Source: an uncultured Chloroflexia bacterium
GTDB taxonomy: Bacteria > Chloroflexota > Limnocylindria > Limnocylindrales > CSP1-4
Assembly: GCA_963763775.1 (NCBI GenBank)
Contig: CAVXPZ010000003.1
Location: 640,001-704,000 of the forward strand
Direction: 5' to 3'
Length of the DNA stretch: 64,000 nt
Shown piece after piece: positions 63,062 to 64,000 of this stretch (positions are counted from its first letter, which is position 1; each line of letters opens with the position of its first letter). The position numbers and the translations under genes were made by a program. The notes under the pieces are model-generated. The model worked only from the letters and a program-made list of their open reading frames with translations. It did not search any database and was not told where the DNA came from.

Positions 63062-63450
63062 GCGCCCCGCCGGTCCGGCGGCGCTCGTGGGCGGAGGTCC
63101 GCTGGCGGCAATTCCGCCATGCGCCGCGGCCTGTCGTCCGGGCCGTCATGGCCAGCCTCGTGATCGCGGTCGTCCTCGCGACGGCCTACGTCGTCTACGA
63201 CGTCCTGCTCAGTCGAGGCGTCGTCCTCCCGGGCGGCGATCTGCGCACGCTCGCGGTCGCCGTGTACGTCGTGCTGGTCCTGGTGATCGGCAGCGTCGTG
63301 ACCTACCTGGTCGTGCCACAGCCCACGGGATCGGGCACCGTCGTGCGCCGGTCCGCCTGGAGTGCCGCGCTCGGGTTCTTCGCCGCGGTCCCCATCGCCT
63401 ATCTCGTGATGGTCGTCGCCGTGCAGATCGTGCGTCCCGCCTTGGGTTGA
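63058..63450 (+). CDS. Small 3-TM membrane protein
   Basis: MSAPPVRRRSW...; three hydrophobic stretches; ATGA overlap. Confidence 0.7.
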   Translation: MSAPPVRRRSWAEVRWRQFRHAPRPVVRAVMASLVIAVVLATAYVVYDVLLSRGVVLPGGDLRTLAVAVYVVLVLVIGSVVTYLVVPQPTGSGTVVRRSAWSAALGFFAAVPIAYLVMVVAVQIVRPALG

Positions 63451-63592
63451 CGGCGCGCAACACATGGGACGTTCGGGCCACCCCGAAGGGTGGACCTCGT
63501 CCCTACAATCCCCTTCGGTATCGTTCCTCGGTATCATCGAGGACGCGAGCCGGAGCGCCGGTTCGCCCGGAACGAGCACAGAGGTCCACGCG

Positions 63593-63886
63593 TTGTCCAT
63601 CGACGAACAGCACGTCGCACTCCCGAAGCTCTACGGCGCGCCCGCCTATGCGCGGCCGACGGGGCATCGGGCGGAGGCGCCGCGACCCTTCGATCCGGAC
63701 GAGCTCCCGATCGAGGCGGCGATGACCGACGAGGACCGCGCGATCGCCGAGGAGCTGCTCGGTCGGGACGGCTCGAGTTCCGCCGACGACGGCCTGAACG
63801 GGCACGGGGTCGGTCTGCAGGGCCGGCCGTTCAGCATCCGTGGACTCGCCAGCCGGATCCTCAAGCAGGACGAGAGCCGGGTGTAG
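63593..63886 (+). CDS. Hypothetical protein
   Basis: TTG after GAGG; LSIDEQHVALPKLYGAPAYARP...FDPDELPIEA. Confidence 0.6.
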   Translation: MSIDEQHVALPKLYGAPAYARPTGHRAEAPRPFDPDELPIEAAMTDEDRAIAEELLGRDGSSSADDGLNGHGVGLQGRPFSIRGLASRILKQDESRV

Positions 63887-63895
63887 CATCCCCAC

Positions 63896-63972
63896 GGGGG
63901 AGTAGCTCAATCGGTCAGAGCGGCGGGCTTATATCCCGCTGGTTCCAGGTTCGAGTCCTGGCTCCCCTACCA
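63896..63972 (+). tRNA. tRNA-Ile (anticodon UAU)
   Basis: Cloverleaf: acceptor GGGGGAG/CTCCCCT, D-arm GCTC/GAGC, anticodon arm GCGGG-CTTATAT-CCCGC, T-arm CCAGG-TTCGAGT-CCTGG, discriminator A plus encoded CCA. Confidence 0.93.
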
Positions 63973-64000
63973 CCCCAGCGTGGCACGAACCCGGTCAGGT

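Noticed and set aside
59252-63972. Ligase and tRNA as signs of an integrated mobile element
   Set aside because: No integrase, att duplication or compositional shift is visible; sequence beyond the tRNA is outside the window
1-64000. Many long Arg/Gly/Pro-rich antisense and alternate-frame ORFs
   Set aside because: Shadow ORFs expected at this GC content; they overlap well-supported genes and lack motifs

Overview
Very GC-rich bacterial chromosomal window with about 64 CDS and one tRNA. The gene style (many leaderless TANNNT-start genes, SEAAP-rich lipoproteins, F420-type LLM, multi-GAF kinase) suggests a soil or freshwater Chloroflexota, possibly Limnocylindria-like; this taxonomy is inference. 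About 17 genes carry short indel frameshifts scattered across unrelated functions, which looks like uncorrected long-read error rather than real pseudogenes. Main modules: (i) a dispersed GlnA4-type gamma-glutamylation cluster (permease, GS-like, SDR, ALDH) interrupted by a 5-GAF hybrid kinase / REC-class III cyclase / Hpt phosphorelay; (ii) a phenylacetate (paa) cluster with PaaR and a matching operator, no paaE/paaZ/paaK in the window, and extra flavin reductase, hydrolase, EthD, DUF1444-like and lipoprotein genes; (iii) a betaine-type ABC transporter divergent from an enolase-ALDH-MttB-DMG dehydrogenase-sarcosine oxidase-like-Fe-ADH operon; (iv) a MerR gene with a 19-bp-spacer promoter and an internal in-frame RBS (TipAL/TipAS-like); (v) DNA ligase, a rhodanese lacking its catalytic Cys, a class V PLP enzyme, and a tRNA-Ile with the rare UAU anticodon. 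No CRISPR array, IS element or prophage was seen.
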